Assembly (NCBI GenBank): GCA_950097015.1
Contig: CATNEN010000030.1
Location: forward strand, 3,720,001 to 3,784,000
Source: Macrostomum hystrix
Lineage: Eukaryota; Animalia; Platyhelminthes
Length of the DNA: 64,000 nucleotides
Direction: 5' to 3'
Shown: piece by piece, positions 60,700-64,000 of the stretch
How positions within the stretch are numbered: position 1 is the stretch's first letter
Layout: each line of letters starts with the position of its first letter
Made by a program: the position numbers and the translations under genes
Notes under the pieces: generated by a model
Databases searched by the model: none
Told to the model about the DNA's origin: nothing
The model's input: only the letters and a program-made list of their open reading frames with translations

Positions 60700-61282
60700 T
60701 GGTAGTTTGGGCAGAAAATGCTGAGTTTGGCTTGGGGCAGAGGTGAGGCAATGTGGGGAGGAAGGAAAAGGGAAGCCAAAGTAGGTTGTAGCCGAGGGGT
60801 GGGTGGGAATTCATGATTTCTGCTTTGTGGAACAAGAGAATTGACGGAGCGGAGGCCCTGGATGAGTGGATGAGGGAAGGATGGAGGGAAGGAAAGGGCT
60901 TGTTTGTGGACAGGACAAACACGCGGAGTTCGGGAGTGAGCTGGCTGTTGCTGCTTCAGTTTGCAAGCAAGCTTTCCCCAGCAACTCCCAGCTGCTGGCG
61001 CTTATTTGGAGCTCTTCTGTCTTAGGAGGGCCTGGGTAACCTAGATTTCTCAGACAAGGAAAGAGAATTCTATAATCGCGTATATAACTGGAAGTGTGAA
61101 CTTGATGGGAAGGCGTAATCGTAGAAAAATCGATCAATTATGGACGCCTGAAAAGAAGATGTCTAATAGAAGTGGCTAGAGCTTCGCAATCCTGACTGGG
61201 TGGTAAGGGAGTTTAAATCTCAATTAATCGTGTCTTTACACTTAATTCCTTAGTTCTTTATTTCACTCACATTAGTTCACTC

Positions 61283-61370
<88 letters not shown>

Positions 61371-61371
61371 G

Positions 61372-61425
<54 letters not shown>
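61283..61425. repeat. (ATCT)n microsatellite
   Basis: Direct tetranucleotide run. Confidence 0.97.
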
Positions 61426-61799
61426 ATTTCTGATAGGCATCAGAAAGTATGAACACAAAAAATGCAATAATGCACTTTGATTATATAGAACAGGAAGCCA
61501 GTCAAACCAGTTTAGCTCTTAGTTTTCATAATTTTGTATATTTTAGTAATTTAGCAATCATATAAATAAAAACAAATTTCTTTGTTACAACATTTAACGA
61601 GTTGAAACCTAGCTTAAACGAGGCCAATATGTATTTAGAAAGTTTTATCGAATAATTTTCTTAAAAGGTAATTAGATCAATAACAGCGATACATACTACT
61701 CGTACTACTCAAAAAGCAGCAGGCCAGTAGTAAAATCGGTCCCAATAAGGTTTCCAAATTAAGAAATTATTCATGCGAATCCGGTGAGCACGGCAGTTC

Positions 61800-63320
61800 T
61801 CAAGGCCCCGGTCCCAGCGGGTCCTGCGTGGAGTGGCTGACATTGGGAATTCGGCGGGTCATTCGGATCACGGAGGCTCTGAAATCCATTGTTGAAGTTC
61901 AATAGTTGCAAGGCATTCTACCACATACACTTTGCATTGTGAGTTATTTCGTTATCAAATCCCAAGGTTTTCTAGCAGACTTTTAAGCCGAGACCAAGCT
62001 AAGTCTACTAAAAGCAAATTAAAAAATAAATAATTTGTGTCCGTACAGTTAGTCTATGGCACAAACGGTTCCATATATAGAAATGATTCTCAATACCACC
62101 ATACCATACACATTTTATTTTCCCTCCATCATAAGAAGGTGACCATGGGGAAAGATGCAATGAAATACACACCCCGATGGTCAACTCACTTGGAGATGCC
62201 CTGGCAGCAGTCAAGCTGCAGAGTCTGCAGTCTCTTGCAGGCCTTCTTCAAATACTTCAGCGACTTGTCAGTGATCATGACACACTCGGACAGGTCCAGC
62301 TGTGTCAGGTAGTGGCAGACGCCGCTAACGTACTGCATGCTGAGATCTGTCAGCTGGCGACAGCCCCGGAGGCTTAGCCGGGTGAGCAGGCGGCAGCTGA
62401 AGGACAGGCTGCGAACACCGCCGTCAGTTAGCTGGATACAATGCGACAGGTCCAGGTGCTCCAGGCTGCGCAGCTGCTGCACCAGCTTCTGCACGCCCAG
62501 ATCCGTGACCAGAGGACAATTGGCCAGGTACAGGTAGCGCATTCTGGACAGATTGCCAAGCGTGGTCATGGCCGAGTCATTCAGGCCGGTGCCGGACATG
62601 TCCAGACAGACCAGACCCGGACAGTAATTAGCCAGCGAATCGGCTGACAGGTAAGATAGATTCTCGCAGAAGCTCAGGCGCAGGTGGGTCAGGCCGCCGG
62701 CCTTCTTGCAGATCGCCGACACGCCGTGGTCGGTGAGTCGAACAGCGTTGGTCAGGTTCAGCTCGCGTAGGGTCTGCGCGAAGGACGCCTCGGCGATGCT
62801 CTTGGCGCCGGCGTCGGACAGGCGGACGCAGTCGGCCAGGTTCAGCACTCGAAGGTGGCGCAGCTGGCCGATGGCCTTCACGGCCTGATCGGTGATCTTC
62901 ACACAGTCGGCCACGCACAGCAGCTGCAGCTCGGGGCACCGGCGGCCCAGATGCCCGAAGGCGGCGTCCGTGATGATGTCATTCTTATCCAGCTTCAGCA
63001 CCCGGAGGCTGCGGTTGCTGATGGCTTTGAAGCTGTCATCTGTGAGGCTCGAACAGCCGAACAGTTCGTAGTGCTCAACTGACGGGCAGTGAGTCGCCAA
63101 TTGCTGTTGGGTAAAAAATATTTCACTGAGCTGATGTTAAGTCGATTGTTGAACAATCCGAGACAACAGATTTCTAAGAAATTATTGATCCCCTGAGACA
63201 CCACGCTTTGTAGAGTCTCACCTCTAGACAAGCGCTCTGCAAATTGTAGACGTCGTTAAACATCAGCTGCTTCACTTTGCGGCACTTGGAGGCCAGCTGG
63301 ACTATGGCTTCGGAGGTGAA
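61800..63320 (-). CDS. FBXL13: F-box/LRR protein 13-like (dynein regulatory complex subunit 6), 3' exons ~63320-63222, 63103-62190, 61878-61800; 5' part off-window
   Basis: Tandem cysteine-containing LRRs (LRVLNLADCVRLSD, LRELNLTNAVRLTD, LEHLDLSHCIQLTD) in the order recalled for FBXL13, and the ISK|ASVIRMT...QDP C-terminus; phase-compatible introns. Confidence 0.75.
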
Positions 63321-63596
63321 CTGCGGATGGCGGATGAGCAGGTGTTTGGAACAGAATTTGGCAGCCCCACATTGACACGAACAGGATGAGCTCTCTACGA
63401 GCTATAATCTATTCCAGATGGTTTTTTCATCTCATCCATTTATCTTGTGTGAACGGGCCCAAATAGGGTAATATTGAAGGTTAGATGCAACAAAAACTAA
63501 TAATTTCGGATTCCACAAAGAATCTCAGCCCAGACTGTCTTTTCTGTCCTTCTTTTAATTGTTTTGAAGACACAAGTGAACGAACACCTGAACTCG

Positions 63597-63977
63597 AGGG
63601 TGAGTGGCAGAGTGGTCTAACGCGTTTGCCTCGCGCAGCAAGGTCCTAAGCTCGAGTCCGCGGCGAGGCCACATTCATTTGGCGCGCAGCCGTGGAGAGA
63701 AGGCTTGGCAGCTTTTCCTGCAATGTACGCCTCTAAGGGCCAACCTCCAAGCCACAGTGAGAGTGTACACTGCTGTACACTGCCTGACGATGAGAAAGTC
63801 AGGGCAGATGTACACACCTGTGTGAGTGTGTGCCTGCGTGCTGTAACTGAGTGCGCGTGTGCTCAGGAGTCAGCGAAATAGGCAGAATTGCCTACTCGCT
63901 AGCTACGGGTCTAGTGTCACCAAATGATGTGCCATTGCCCGCAGCCCTCCTGAAATCATTATTATCATTATTATTAA
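63597..63977 (+). mobile_element. SINE family A, full-length (~380 bp): tRNA-derived head and (ATT)n tail
   Basis: A box TGGCAGAGTGG, B-box-like GCTCGAGTCC, body shared with five other copies in the window, 3' TCATTATTATCATTATTATT. Confidence 0.85.
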
Positions 63978-64000
63978 AACCTGAACTCCGTCGCTCAGGT

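Overview
Eukaryotic (metazoan) nuclear genomic DNA, not prokaryotic or viral. It contains GT-AG intron-containing genes with GC-rich exons in AT-rich, repeat-dense surroundings. The style (few introns, many different minisatellites, 3' splice acceptors right in front of start codons) suggests a free-living flatworm such as Macrostomum; this is inference and cannot be proven from the window. Gene models hand-spliced from the sequence, left to right: a p55-family MAGUK (L27-L27-PDZ-SH3-GuK, minus, runs off the left edge); an intronless ~852-aa coiled-coil protein; CWF19L2; MICU1; a divergent RRM-like gene; ELL; an unresolved GC-rich segment; a Plexus/GSE1-like zinc-finger-repeat gene; HNF4 (7 exons); a 159-aa MGC-start acidic disordered protein missed by the ORF track; and FBXL13/DRC6 (runs off the right edge). 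There are about 20 distinct tandem arrays, two tRNA-headed SINE families (one with a CORE-like central domain), a MULE-type MITE with a 9-bp TSD, a hAT-like MITE and a Merlin transposase remnant. No CRISPR array, rRNA or intact tRNA gene was found. Best leads: (1) a one-base reading-frame break at UCC-UUU-UAA-C in the Plexus/GSE1-like gene, either a shifty-stop +1 frameshift or an assembly indel; (2) the dually acylated orphan gene carrying three RFX X-boxes; (3) a GGTAGA core shared by seven otherwise mostly unrelated minisatellites; (4) candidate SL trans-splice sites and operons.
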